Assembly: GCA_011364985.1 (NCBI GenBank)
Contig: RDOC01000001.1
Location: forward strand, 128,001 to 192,000
Origin: Candidatus Thorarchaeota archaeon
Lineage (GTDB): Archaea; Asgardarchaeota; Thorarchaeia; Thorarchaeales; Thorarchaeaceae
Length of the DNA: 64,000 nt
Reading direction: 5' to 3'
In this document: positions 19,951-29,722 of the stretch, in pieces
Numbering within the stretch: position 1 is the first letter of the stretch
How the letters are laid out: every line of letters begins with the position of its first letter
Notes under the pieces: model-generated
What the model was told of the DNA's origin: nothing
Databases searched by the model: none
What the model saw: the letters and a program-made list of their open reading frames with translations, nothing else
Translations under genes and position numbers: made by a program

Positions 19951-21210
19951 CTAGTTTTGAGTTTCGACATCGATTGTAGAGAATACAGTGCGAATGATAT
20001 ATGCCAGAAGTGCCACACAGAGAAGGATGAGCATGATGGTGCCTCCAGATGCAAGATTGAACCACACCACTTGATAGTTTACGGAAATCTGTAGTAGATT
20101 AATAACCACGACCTCAAGTGCAAAAAGCTCGCCAAGAGCAATCAGACCCTTGACCCGACCTATGAATCTGTCTTTTCTGACCATTCCTTTTCTAAGTGCC
20201 ATTGAAACCTCTTGTGGGTCTGAATCCACAAGATCTGAGATGGGCTCTCTCGAAGGTCCCATCATTAGAATGACGATCGCAAAAACCAAGGGTAGTGCCA
20301 AGATTATTGCGTTAACAAATAGCAAGTTAGGAGCGGGTAGTGGAGCGGAGAACGCTGCTATCGCCCCTAGTATGACCAGAAGAACTTGGACCTCTATCAT
20401 TAGGTCATGACGTTCTTTCTCCAGACTATCGAATCTTCCAGTGAAATATCCAATCCATAGGATTGGATTCTCGACCTGCTCTAACTTGGCAGTGCCTTCC
20501 TCGACTTCAGTAATCTGGCGTCTTGTCACCCCAAAAAACATGCAGAGCCCGAAAAATCCGAAGATCACGTTCAACCCAGAATAATAACCCACAAGTGATC
20601 GTTCATACTGGTCCAAATGAATTTCATTCTCTGAGTAGTAGACCATGTATGTGAAGTTCATACCGTTGAGCGGCGTAGGTGTGGGAAAGGTGTTATTCTG
20701 ATGGTCTGTGGAAAGGAGGGAAATATGAAAGGTGATAACATCAGTCGCTGTGTGTTCAGGAATTCTAACACTGTGGTGACTTGAGGAGCCGTATCCACTT
20801 GGATTTCCTGACGTAAGATTCAGTGACCACCCATCAATTGTCATATCGGGTGTTCCGTTGAGGACTAGGACCTCCATATAGCATATGTTCAGGTATCCCG
20901 GATACCCCCAGTTTGCTACTTCAATCTTGGCTTCGTGTTCCGAGGTTACTATGTTTGACTCTGTTTCTAAATAGCCCAAGGAGGGTATAACTGTCAAATT
21001 GACATTCTCACTCGTATAGGCAGGCAGGGGGCTGATTCCAATTTCCTCATTCAAGGTCGAATTGGTCCATGAAGGCATGATGAACCACCAGTAGCAGGAA
21101 TAGGACACCCAAAGGAGAACTGCAACAAGAAGAGCTGCCTTCTTCTTACTCTTGCGAATATTCGAGAGGGGTGCTTTCAGCCCATTTCTGACTCCATCCC
21201 TTCTGCTCAT
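19951..21210 (-). CDS. Hypothetical membrane protein with glycosylated extracellular domain
   Basis: TM, Asn/Thr-rich domain with several NxS/T sequons, then about five TM helices. Confidence 0.7.
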   Translation of the reverse strand: MSRRDGVRNGLKAPLSNIRKSKKKAALLVAVLLWVSYSCYWWFIMPSWTNSTLNEEIGISPLPAYTSENVNLTVIPSLGYLETESNIVTSEHEAKIEVANWGYPGYLNICYMEVLVLNGTPDMTIDGWSLNLTSGNPSGYGSSSHHSVRIPEHTATDVITFHISLLSTDHQNNTFPTPTPLNGMNFTYMVYYSENEIHLDQYERSLVGYYSGLNVIFGFFGLCMFFGVTRRQITEVEEGTAKLEQVENPILWIGYFTGRFDSLEKERHDLMIEVQVLLVILGAIAAFSAPLPAPNLLFVNAIILALPLVFAIVILMMGPSREPISDLVDSDPQEVSMALRKGMVRKDRFIGRVKGLIALGELFALEVVVINLLQISVNYQVVWFNLASGGTIMLILLCVALLAYIIRTVFSTIDVETQN

Positions 21211-21399
21211 CGGATCTAATTCCTCGTCGTGGACCTTGCCAAGTCTTAATCCGTTTTAATGCAATATAATCCTTTATGCAGAATATTTAGGAGTAAAGTT
21301 GCTACTTAGCATTGTTAATGGATCTCAGATCCACCAAAGAATTTGCCATATGCTGAACAGAATTTCATCGCTGATGCTCGGCTAGTCCCAGCAGAAGTG

Positions 21400-21488
21400 A
21401 ACAGCAGATTTCCAATGCGTTCCATGGTAACACACTTCAGACTCTTGTATCCTTGAATTGAGATTTCTCCAGTCCTGAATTATCTCAT
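21400..21488 (-). pseudogene. Remnant of the 5' end of an SMC/OLD-type AAA ATPase gene
   Basis: MR*FRTGEISIQGYKSLKCVTMERIGNLL resembles the I.I.GYKSL..V....GNL start of that family; in-frame stop and no Walker A. Confidence 0.4.
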
Positions 21489-21658
21489 CTCTTTCTCGCT
21501 TTCCAGACTTCTTTGGTTGTTGGCCTTATTCCCCAGCTTTAGGTCCATAATTCCCCCTTAGAGCTTGGCCATCAAGCTCAATGAGCATTGTTCACTCTTA
21601 GGGAAACAAGGAGATTGGTAAGAGTTATCAATAGCGTGAATCTGTAATCGACTAGCAA

Positions 21659-21940
21659 TTGAGGAAGATGTCAATGGTCAAGGCATATGTTCTGATAAAG
21701 ACAATCGGTGGAAAAGAAGACGCCATCATTAGGGAGCTGCTAAAGCTCTCTGTCACCGAAGAGGCACACAAGGTCTTTGGACCTTATGACATTATCGTTG
21801 AAATCCGAGGGAGGGATATGGAGGCAATTGTTGACATCCTTCTGACAAAGATTAGACCCATTTCAGGCCTCATCGAAACTCAGTCGCTTCTTGTAATAGA
21901 TGCCGAACTCGACATGCTTTCGACGAACCTTGGAACCTAG
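21659..21940 (+). CDS. Stand-alone Lrp/AsnC ligand-binding domain protein
   Basis: VKAYVLIKT..G, EAHKVFGPYDIIVEI, KIRPISGLIETQSL. Confidence 0.9.
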   Translation: MRKMSMVKAYVLIKTIGGKEDAIIRELLKLSVTEEAHKVFGPYDIIVEIRGRDMEAIVDILLTKIRPISGLIETQSLLVIDAELDMLSTNLGT

Positions 21941-22080
21941 TTAGAAGCTCTGCAGTCTGAGTCCCTACTGGTTTATCTGAATATTTGTTAAAAAGGAGTA
22001 GAACCCCAAAATAAAGTGGGACCAATTAGTCAAAGGAGGAATTAGTCATTCCTAGTAAGACACTATCAAGAAACCCCTAC

Positions 22081-22812
22081 ATGTTGATGCTCATGGATGA
22101 CTCCGGCGAAGTTCAACCAGTGAAGCTCGATCCAGCACTAGTTACAAGTGACAATGCAATCATTGTTCTGGACGAGTATGGTGATACTTGTTGGGTGTTC
22201 ATTGGAAGAAATGTCAGCATGCCAACGAGAATGCATGCGCTTCGAATCGGAAAGAGCATGCAGAAATCCGGATATAAAATCGGGATTACTACAATCGGGT
22301 TGGCTTCCACAAATCTTGTCGAAATGCTCGAGAAGGATGACAGCGATCCAGATGTGGCTACAAGTATCAGCAGATTCAGAGAGCAAATATCGAGGCACTG
22401 GAACTTCGAAGACAAGTTCTTAGCAATAGATGCATCACTAGCCTCTTCGGCTCCTATGGGACCAATTGCAGGTGCACCAACTCCAAAGTCAGTGGTAAAG
22501 GAGACACCAGTAGTGACTGCAGAAACTGTCAAGAAGGAAACATCATCACTTCCAAAGGTCGCTCCGATAAGCCCTCTTAACGAGGTGGAAAGGAAGACAG
22601 CGTTCTTGCTGTATGCTGCAATTAAGAATTCGGACCTTATATATGTAGAACGCTTCTCACGAAATCGCAAAATGGGAGTGAAGATTGAAGCCCCCGGTGA
22701 GATGGTCATTGAAGCAGTTCAGGATGGACCCGTCCTGAAGATTGACCCTCCGGGCTTTGGTGACTCCGAAACTGCAGCCAAGACAAAAGAAGACTTCAAG
22801 TCCTGGGCATAG
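22081..22812 (+). CDS. Gelsolin-like domain protein with C-terminal extension
   Basis: VKLDPALVTSDNAIIVLDE...CWVFIGRNVSMPTRMHALRIG fits the gelsolin repeat pattern; Pro/Thr linker and second domain follow. Confidence 0.7.
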   Translation: MLMLMDDSGEVQPVKLDPALVTSDNAIIVLDEYGDTCWVFIGRNVSMPTRMHALRIGKSMQKSGYKIGITTIGLASTNLVEMLEKDDSDPDVATSISRFREQISRHWNFEDKFLAIDASLASSAPMGPIAGAPTPKSVVKETPVVTAETVKKETSSLPKVAPISPLNEVERKTAFLLYAAIKNSDLIYVERFSRNRKMGVKIEAPGEMVIEAVQDGPVLKIDPPGFGDSETAAKTKEDFKSWA

Positions 22813-22829
22813 CCAATCCAGTAGGCACC

Positions 22830-22855
22830 AGCTGGAGCATCGAACTGCTCCAGCT
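22830..22855. terminator. Perfect 10-bp hairpin between convergent genes
   Basis: AGCTGGAGCA-TCGAAC-TGCTCCAGCT followed by GTTTTCTTT. Confidence 0.6.
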
Positions 22856-22867
22856 AAGCTGTTTTCT

Positions 22868-23626
22868 TTATTCGCCATCCAGTAGGCGATACCAATAATT
22901 GTAGAGAGTCTTGAACCCCAGAGATTTGTAGAAGGCGATTGCTGGCTTGTTTCTTGTTTCCACTTGAAGATATGCATTTGTCGACCCCAAGCTCTCTGCC
23001 CACATCGCAAGTCCGGAATTCAGATCTGCGCCAATCCCATGCCTTCTGTATTTCTTGTCGACAATCAATGCGAAAATACCTAACCAAGTATTCTCAACGA
23101 CACCCAAGCAGACTCCAACAATTTCATCATTGACTGAAAGAGATGCAAAGCCCTTTTGCAGAGGAATGCGATCCATGATTCCCCGTCGGATTTCAAGAGA
23201 CAAGCCGCTGTATTCGCCCAACCGACCGTAAGCAGCTATCCAATTGTCCTTTGGGGAGAAGTCTATCGTCACATCATGCCTCATCGAAGTAGCAATGATG
23301 TTGCTCAGAGAATTGATCTGAATGTGGACAGAGAGACCAATGGAAAAGCCGTCTTCATCCAGAATCTTGTCAAGTTCAGGGGGCCCACATGCAGGAGTCA
23401 TCTGAAAACGCGGAGTTATGTTCCTCTTCTGATAAAAATTAATCACATCAGTTATTGCTAATTCAACTTCAACGGAGGGAGAACCCAAGGGAAGTACACT
23501 ATTCGCTCGTCGCGTTATCCCATTATCAGCTCGCAAGAGCCAACCGCCAATTTTCCTCGTTTCTCTTGCAGGCCACGCATTAGCGGCAAGCGTTTCGAGC
23601 TTCATAATCTCGTTCAAGTCGGTCAT
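22868..23626 (-). CDS. GNAT family N-acetyltransferase
   Basis: NAWPA...GWLLR...GITRRANSV; YRRHGIG; AYLQV...N.PAIAFYKSLGF. Confidence 0.92.
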   Translation of the reverse strand: MTDLNEIMKLETLAANAWPARETRKIGGWLLRADNGITRRANSVLPLGSPSVEVELAITDVINFYQKRNITPRFQMTPACGPPELDKILDEDGFSIGLSVHIQINSLSNIIATSMRHDVTIDFSPKDNWIAAYGRLGEYSGLSLEIRRGIMDRIPLQKGFASLSVNDEIVGVCLGVVENTWLGIFALIVDKKYRRHGIGADLNSGLAMWAESLGSTNAYLQVETRNKPAIAFYKSLGFKTLYNYWYRLLDGE

Positions 23627-23744
23627 ATCAAACTCCCAATAAGACGGCTACTAATAGAAATTCTCATACTGCTCTCCCAGTCGTAAGGCTAGCTTCGGCA
23701 TCTTAATGTGCAAGTACAAAACTGGGAGAGAGAGAGGCTTAATA

Positions 23745-24683
23745 ATGGGTCGACTTCGATGGAACGAGATGCTGGGCGAATGGGTAATAATTGCACCAAG
23801 CAGATCAGACAGACCCTTCCAAGATGAAGAAAGAGTGTGTCCATTCTGTCCAGATAATGGAGAAACCTCCGGTAACTGGTGCGTCCTGACGCTTGACAAC
23901 AAGTACCCAGCACTAGAACCGAATCCAGAATACCCACCCATATTCAGTGATATAATCATCGAAACCGCTGCTCACGGGTACTGCAAGGTGATTGTCACCT
24001 CAAGAAACCATAACGAACAGCTTGAAGATATGAGTAAGAAGCAGGTCACACGAGTGCTTCAGGAATTCGCTCGAGTATTTCAGGAACTTGATGAGAAAGA
24101 GAACATCAAGTACGTCGCACAATTTGAGAATCGTGGAAAAGCAGTTGGTGTAAGCCTGAATCATCCTCACGCTCAGGTCTATGCCCTGCCCTTCATCCCT
24201 CCGAAGATTGAGCGCGAAGTTCAGCAGGTCAAGAAGACTTGGGAAACAGAGGAAAGATGCATTGTATGTGATGCCATAGAAAATGAGCGAAAAACCGGCA
24301 CAAGAATTATCAAGGAAACAGCCAACTACATCTCTTGTGTGCCCTTTGCAGCAAGATTGCCATATGAGGTGCATGTCTACCCAAGAATGCATGTTGCGAG
24401 TCTAGTAGAACTGGAAGAAAGCCTTGAAGAATTGGGTGAGATGCTTCAAGATGTGGCAAGAAGATATGCAGCCTTCTTCGAGGAAGTGGCATATGTAATG
24501 GTCTTCCATGCACGTCCCTCTAATGGTGACTATCCATTCTGGCACTTTCATATCGAATTCTACCCCCCTTGGAGGGACAAGTCGCAACGAAAGCACCTCG
24601 CGGGAATTGAGAAGGGAACTGGAACGTATACGAATGATTCGACTCCAGAGTGCAGTGCAAAGCAGCTTCGCGAGGCCATTTAG
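23745..24683 (+). CDS. galT: Galactose-1-phosphate uridylyltransferase
   Basis: LRWNEMLGEWVIIAPSRSDRP, CPFCP, FENRG..VGVSLNHPHAQ, WHFHIEFYP. Confidence 0.93.
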   Translation: MGRLRWNEMLGEWVIIAPSRSDRPFQDEERVCPFCPDNGETSGNWCVLTLDNKYPALEPNPEYPPIFSDIIIETAAHGYCKVIVTSRNHNEQLEDMSKKQVTRVLQEFARVFQELDEKENIKYVAQFENRGKAVGVSLNHPHAQVYALPFIPPKIEREVQQVKKTWETEERCIVCDAIENERKTGTRIIKETANYISCVPFAARLPYEVHVYPRMHVASLVELEESLEELGEMLQDVARRYAAFFEEVAYVMVFHARPSNGDYPFWHFHIEFYPPWRDKSQRKHLAGIEKGTGTYTNDSTPECSAKQLREAI

Positions 24684-25841
24684 ATGCAGATTCCTCAGAA
24701 CCTACGTGAAAAGATGGTTGACGTTTTTCAGGATTTCAGACGATCTCCAATGGCGGTTAGAGCTCCAGGGAGAATTGAAGTGCTTGGCAATCATACTGAC
24801 TACAACGGGGGAGATGTATTAGCCGCGACAATGGACCGGTATGTATGGAGCGTAGGAGTGCGTTCTAAAGAAGTAGAGATTCACTCGCTAGATCTTGGAG
24901 AACAAACTACGTTTCATCCAAATTTCATCACACCACGAAACGACCTAACGTGGAAGAGCTACGCGAAAGGAGTCTATTGGGCACTGGAACGGCGAAGACA
25001 TCAGGTCACTGGCACAACGGCAATCATTCATGGTAATGTCCCACAAGGAGCAGGACTCAGTTCTTCTGCGGCGTTTGAGATTTCCTTCGTCAACCTTGTC
25101 TTGGGACTGAGCGGCATAGAGCTCAATCCGAAATCTATTGCAATGCTGGCATTTGAGGCTGAAAGGATGTACTGCGGTGTTGCATGCGGCATCATGGACC
25201 AGTTCAGCGCACAGCTGGGCAAGCCTAATCATCTTCTGGCGATTCGCTGCTCAAATATGATCACTGGGGACGTCCCGTGGGATTCTAGACTGAAACTCGT
25301 AGTCGTTGACTCTAGAGTGTCAAGGGCAGCCAAGGATATCCTCAATCAGAGACGTTATGAATGCCAGCAGGGGCTGCATGAACTAGTTGAAGCAGGATGG
25401 GAGATATCAAATCTCAGTGAGATACAACCAGAGAAACTGCATCTTGTTGACGCATTGCTCGATTCGGTATTGGCGAGAAGAGTGAGGCATGTTGTACTTG
25501 AAAACCAGAGAGTCAGAAGGGGGGTCCAGGCGCTCAGAGAAGGTAGGGTTTCAGATTTCGGAAGAGAGATGTTCGAGTCCCATGCCAGTTCCAGAAACCT
25601 CTACGAAGTGTCACACCCGAAGCTTGACATCCTAGTCGACCTTGCAAGGAATATGAAAGGTGTTATAGGCAGTCGCCTAACAGGAGCAGGATTGGGTGGG
25701 GCCACTCTCACAGTAGTTGAAGACAAGTTCTCCCGATCCTTCATCCAGAACATAAGCCAGAATTATGAGTCAGCAACAGGGATTACTCCAGATATTATAG
25801 AAACGGGAATACCCGGGGGGGTTGCTAGTTCGTACATTTAG
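24684..25841 (+). CDS. galK: Galactokinase (GHMP kinase)
   Basis: APGRIEVLGNHTDYNGG, PQGAGLSSSAA, CGIMDQ, GSRLTGAGLGG. Confidence 0.9.
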   Translation: MQIPQNLREKMVDVFQDFRRSPMAVRAPGRIEVLGNHTDYNGGDVLAATMDRYVWSVGVRSKEVEIHSLDLGEQTTFHPNFITPRNDLTWKSYAKGVYWALERRRHQVTGTTAIIHGNVPQGAGLSSSAAFEISFVNLVLGLSGIELNPKSIAMLAFEAERMYCGVACGIMDQFSAQLGKPNHLLAIRCSNMITGDVPWDSRLKLVVVDSRVSRAAKDILNQRRYECQQGLHELVEAGWEISNLSEIQPEKLHLVDALLDSVLARRVRHVVLENQRVRRGVQALREGRVSDFGREMFESHASSRNLYEVSHPKLDILVDLARNMKGVIGSRLTGAGLGGATLTVVEDKFSRSFIQNISQNYESATGITPDIIETGIPGGVASSYI

Positions 25842-25909
25842 GACAATTCGAACTATTCATATGGCGCATAGACGTTTTGCTGTTCCAACTCCTTTCGATG
25901 TGACCGACC

Positions 25910-28843
25910 ATGAAAGAGAATGAGATTGAATCAATTCTAATTAGCGAGACTCACTGGGACCGCGCGTGGTACTTGACTTTCCAACAATTCAGAATGAAGC
26001 TAGTGAAACTCGTTGACATGCTCTTGGATATTCTCGAAACGGATCCAGAGTTCAGGACCTTCACCTTTGATGGTCAGACTGTGGTTCTTGAAGATTATCT
26101 TGAGGTCAAGCCAGACCAGAGAGAGAGAATCAAGAAACTTGTTCAGAAGGGCCGCATTGACATTGGACCATTCTACGTCCTTCCTGATGTCTTTCTGGTT
26201 TCTGGTGAAGCGTTGATTCGCAACTTGCTTATTGGCAGGAGACTTGCACAGGAGTTTGGTCGAATCATGGATGTTGGGTACATTCCTGACCCATTTGGAC
26301 TTGTAAGCCAGATACCACAAATCCTGTCGCAATTTGGATACGATTCAGTCGTCTTTGCACGGGGGACTGGCGAAGAGGTTGACAGGCTCAAATCAGAATT
26401 CATTTGGGAAGGCAGTGATGGTAGCGAGGTTCTAGCTCACTGGCTGCCCCTTTCATACGGCAACGCAGCCAATTTGCCCGAGGATATAGAAGATGCTGTC
26501 TTTACGTTGGAGGAAGTTCTCAAGCAGTTGCGAAAGTACACTCGAATCGGGACTCTTCTTCTAATGAATGGATCAGACCATTTGCTGCCGCAGCCACATG
26601 TTCCTGAGGTCATTAGGACATACAACAACAAACATGACAACAAGATTGTACTGGGAACGCTGCCGATGTTTGTTGAACGCATTCGGAAAGAACGAGATTC
26701 TCTACCTAGGTATAGAGGGGAGTTCAGGCAGTCCAAGCATCAGAATCTTCTCTCAGGCGTCTATTCCACAAGAGTTTACTTGAAGCAGATGAACGAACAT
26801 ACGCAGAGGAACCTTGAGAGGATTGTTGAGCCTTGGAACGTAGTAGCTAGCGTTCTTGGAGATCATTATCCGACCGATGAACTGCGGCTGGCTTGGAAAT
26901 ACCTTCTGAAAAATCATCCTCATGACGACATCTGTGGGTGCAGTATTGATGAGGTCCATGACGACATGGTTCAGAGAAGCAGATGGATTCGAGAGATTGC
27001 GGAGTCCATCTTGGACTCTGCAGAGAGAACTATCTTGGAGCGATTCACCAACGAGAAGCCGGGTGTTTTGCTGCTCAATTCATCACCAACTACAAGAAAT
27101 GGAATAGCCTTCCTGAGGATACCTACATCAGATTTTAGATATTCACGTCTTTCAATTAATCTAGCAGATCCAGACCTTGTTACTGATGATCCGTTGGAGG
27201 CAGCAAAAAACGATGTACACATAGCCTTTGTGAGGACGGTGGGATTTGACCCATCGCCAACGTCCATCAGAACAATTACAGTCGGAGGAGAAGAGCTAAA
27301 GGAGTACGAATTCGACTTCAGTCCTTTGATCTTGCTGTATCCTCAAATGAAGGAGCAGATTAAACATCTCTCAACAGCCTATAGAATCCGTGTTAACTCG
27401 CGAAACAGAATCGTTGAGGTATGGGCAAGAAAAGCCTATTCGGCTGATTTGATGTCAGGCATACCCGCATTTGTTAGCGTCGATGGTGACCGAATGCCCA
27501 GCCAATTACTTGAATTGGATATAGACGTTGATCCAAAATCGATACGAGTATCAGAAGAAGAAGAATATCTGACGATTGCCATTCAAGGAAACAACTTGCA
27601 AGGGATAGCAGCGAAACGGTTAGACCTAGAAGTAACTGACAAGGAGGCCGATATTGAGGTTGAGGGTGCTGTCATTTGCACAGAAACGACAATTGAGAAT
27701 AGTCTGGTGAGTGTGAAAATCGAAGAGGAGGGGACGGTTTCCTTGACCGACAAAAGAACTGGGGAGAAATACACGGGATTGCTTGTCTTCGAGGACTCTG
27801 AGGACGTAGGCGATGAATATGACTATTCGCCAGCCACAAACCATCAAGTGATTCGAACAACTGGAACGGATCTATCAGTAGAAGTCGGATACGCGGGGCC
27901 ACTTATAGGATCGCTAATAATCTCAGGCGAATTAGAGCTGCCAGCTCTAGCAAAGGAAGACCTTACCGGAAGATCTGAGGAGAATGTGTCATGCGACTTT
28001 GTGACCGAGATTACTCTTCATGCAAATAGTCCCACAATAAGAATTCAGACCGAGTTTGACAACTATGCCGAAGACCATAGATTGCGAGTCCTGTTCCCAA
28101 CGGGAACCGACGCAGAGGTAGTCCACGCAGACACTGCATTTGATATCCGAGAGAGGCCAGTTCGCCCAACCGTCAATGACGAGGGGTGGCATCAGCCAGT
28201 TGCTGCAACCTACCCTCTTCGAAGCTTTGTTCATCTATCTTCTGCGAAAAGAGGACTGACTGTATCAACTTCGGGGCTACTTGAGTTTGAAGTGCAACAA
28301 TCTGATGATGGAGAAACAATTGCGCTTACTCTGGTTCGATCAGTGGGTCAGCTATCTCGTGAGAAGCTGAAGACACGCCATGAAGGAGCAGGACCATTGC
28401 TGAAAACTCCAGGAGGACAATGCCAAGGAACCCTGCTCTTCGAGTATTCCATTACTCCAAAGAGCCCCAAGGAGGAGTGGGGTGATATCTTTCAGCACAC
28501 TGAAGAAGCTTTACTTCCGATAGTAGCGCATTTCATTCCGCCTGGGGAAACCAGACAAGTTCAGTATAACAGGAGCTTTGTTCAGATTGACTCACGCCAC
28601 ATCAAGCTGTCAGCCTTCAAATCATCCGAAGATGGAAAGCATCTTGTCCTTAGGGTATGGAACACCTCTGAGAGCAGCAAGAAATGTCAAATCAATCTGG
28701 GATTTGCATTGAGTAAGGCCATAGGCGCACGAGCTGATGAAATCCCAGATGATACTTTGCAGGTCACTCTAAAAGAGGGGAACATACTGGAAGCGGAATT
28801 ACCTGGACGACGAATTGCCACCTTTTTATTGGAACCGGAATAG
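25910..28843 (+). CDS. GH38 alpha-mannosidase (MngB-like)
   Basis: THWDRAWY, DGQTVVLEDYL, YIPDPFG, NGSDH, HPHDDICGCSIDEVH, DHRLRVLFPT. Confidence 0.92.
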   Translation: MKENEIESILISETHWDRAWYLTFQQFRMKLVKLVDMLLDILETDPEFRTFTFDGQTVVLEDYLEVKPDQRERIKKLVQKGRIDIGPFYVLPDVFLVSGEALIRNLLIGRRLAQEFGRIMDVGYIPDPFGLVSQIPQILSQFGYDSVVFARGTGEEVDRLKSEFIWEGSDGSEVLAHWLPLSYGNAANLPEDIEDAVFTLEEVLKQLRKYTRIGTLLLMNGSDHLLPQPHVPEVIRTYNNKHDNKIVLGTLPMFVERIRKERDSLPRYRGEFRQSKHQNLLSGVYSTRVYLKQMNEHTQRNLERIVEPWNVVASVLGDHYPTDELRLAWKYLLKNHPHDDICGCSIDEVHDDMVQRSRWIREIAESILDSAERTILERFTNEKPGVLLLNSSPTTRNGIAFLRIPTSDFRYSRLSINLADPDLVTDDPLEAAKNDVHIAFVRTVGFDPSPTSIRTITVGGEELKEYEFDFSPLILLYPQMKEQIKHLSTAYRIRVNSRNRIVEVWARKAYSADLMSGIPAFVSVDGDRMPSQLLELDIDVDPKSIRVSEEEEYLTIAIQGNNLQGIAAKRLDLEVTDKEADIEVEGAVICTETTIENSLVSVKIEEEGTVSLTDKRTGEKYTGLLVFEDSEDVGDEYDYSPATNHQVIRTTGTDLSVEVGYAGPLIGSLIISGELELPALAKEDLTGRSEENVSCDFVTEITLHANSPTIRIQTEFDNYAEDHRLRVLFPTGTDAEVVHADTAFDIRERPVRPTVNDEGWHQPVAATYPLRSFVHLSSAKRGLTVSTSGLLEFEVQQSDDGETIALTLVRSVGQLSREKLKTRHEGAGPLLKTPGGQCQGTLLFEYSITPKSPKEEWGDIFQHTEEALLPIVAHFIPPGETRQVQYNRSFVQIDSRHIKLSAFKSSEDGKHLVLRVWNTSESSKKCQINLGFALSKAIGARADEIPDDTLQVTLKEGNILEAELPGRRIATFLLEPE

Positions 28844-28969
28844 GACTTGATTGCAGTACCAAAGGATGGCAATGTACCTGGACCGATGTATGAGAGAACG
28901 AGGTCTCGGCTGGAAAGTCTCAAGCCTGCGATAGAGCAATAAGATGGTCTGTATTCATGAAGTTTCGTT

Positions 28970-29722
28970 ATGGTTTACCCAGAGGAGGACCCAGAGCATT
29001 TTGTCAGGACATTTGCTCCAATTCTTCACTTCCATCCTAAGGAAGGCAATTACTGCTGCTTTCCATCCGATGCAGAAGCGGTCTTTGAACGCCACTCCAA
29101 GGACTGGAGCGGATTCGGAAAAACCCTCCAGCCCAAAAAGCTTCAGCAGGATACGCCATGTTACTATGAAATATGGGATGGCCCCGACATGACGCAGATG
29201 AAGTTCTGGTTCTGGTACAACTACAACAAATTCCCAAAGGCACCTCTTGGATTGGGGCAGCATATTGGTGATTGGGAACATATTGAGGTAAGACATTACC
29301 CACTGGGTTCGAAAACGCCAGGAACGATATGGTTAGTTTCAAATCATCTGAAGGCAATATTGGGATCTCATCCAGGCCATTTCATCCTCCAAGGATTTAT
29401 GCCACAACCAGTTACACTGGCAGATCTTCATATTCATGTTTGGGTTGCACTGGGGTCTCATGCCAGCTACTTATCACCCGATGATAAGACGAGGAGATTC
29501 CTCGGATTTTGGCGAGATGAAACAGAAGATGGAGGTCCCATTTGGGAGACCGAAGAGAATCTGAAAGGGCTTGGTGATACAAATTTTGGCAGGTTTGAGG
29601 GCAGGTGGGGAAACAAAAGATCTCCCAGAAGTCCAAGAAATCCCTACAATTGTCGGGAGAGAAACGCTCCCCTGCTCAAGCCAACTCCTGTAAACGAGAA
29701 TCAAAATGGCCTCAGCTCATGA
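28970..29722 (+). CDS. Vps62-like protein
   Basis: FAPILHFHPKE, FWFWYNYN, GQHIGDWEHI, VALGSHASY, FEGRWG. Confidence 0.75.
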   Translation: MVYPEEDPEHFVRTFAPILHFHPKEGNYCCFPSDAEAVFERHSKDWSGFGKTLQPKKLQQDTPCYYEIWDGPDMTQMKFWFWYNYNKFPKAPLGLGQHIGDWEHIEVRHYPLGSKTPGTIWLVSNHLKAILGSHPGHFILQGFMPQPVTLADLHIHVWVALGSHASYLSPDDKTRRFLGFWRDETEDGGPIWETEENLKGLGDTNFGRFEGRWGNKRSPRSPRNPYNCRERNAPLLKPTPVNENQNGLSS

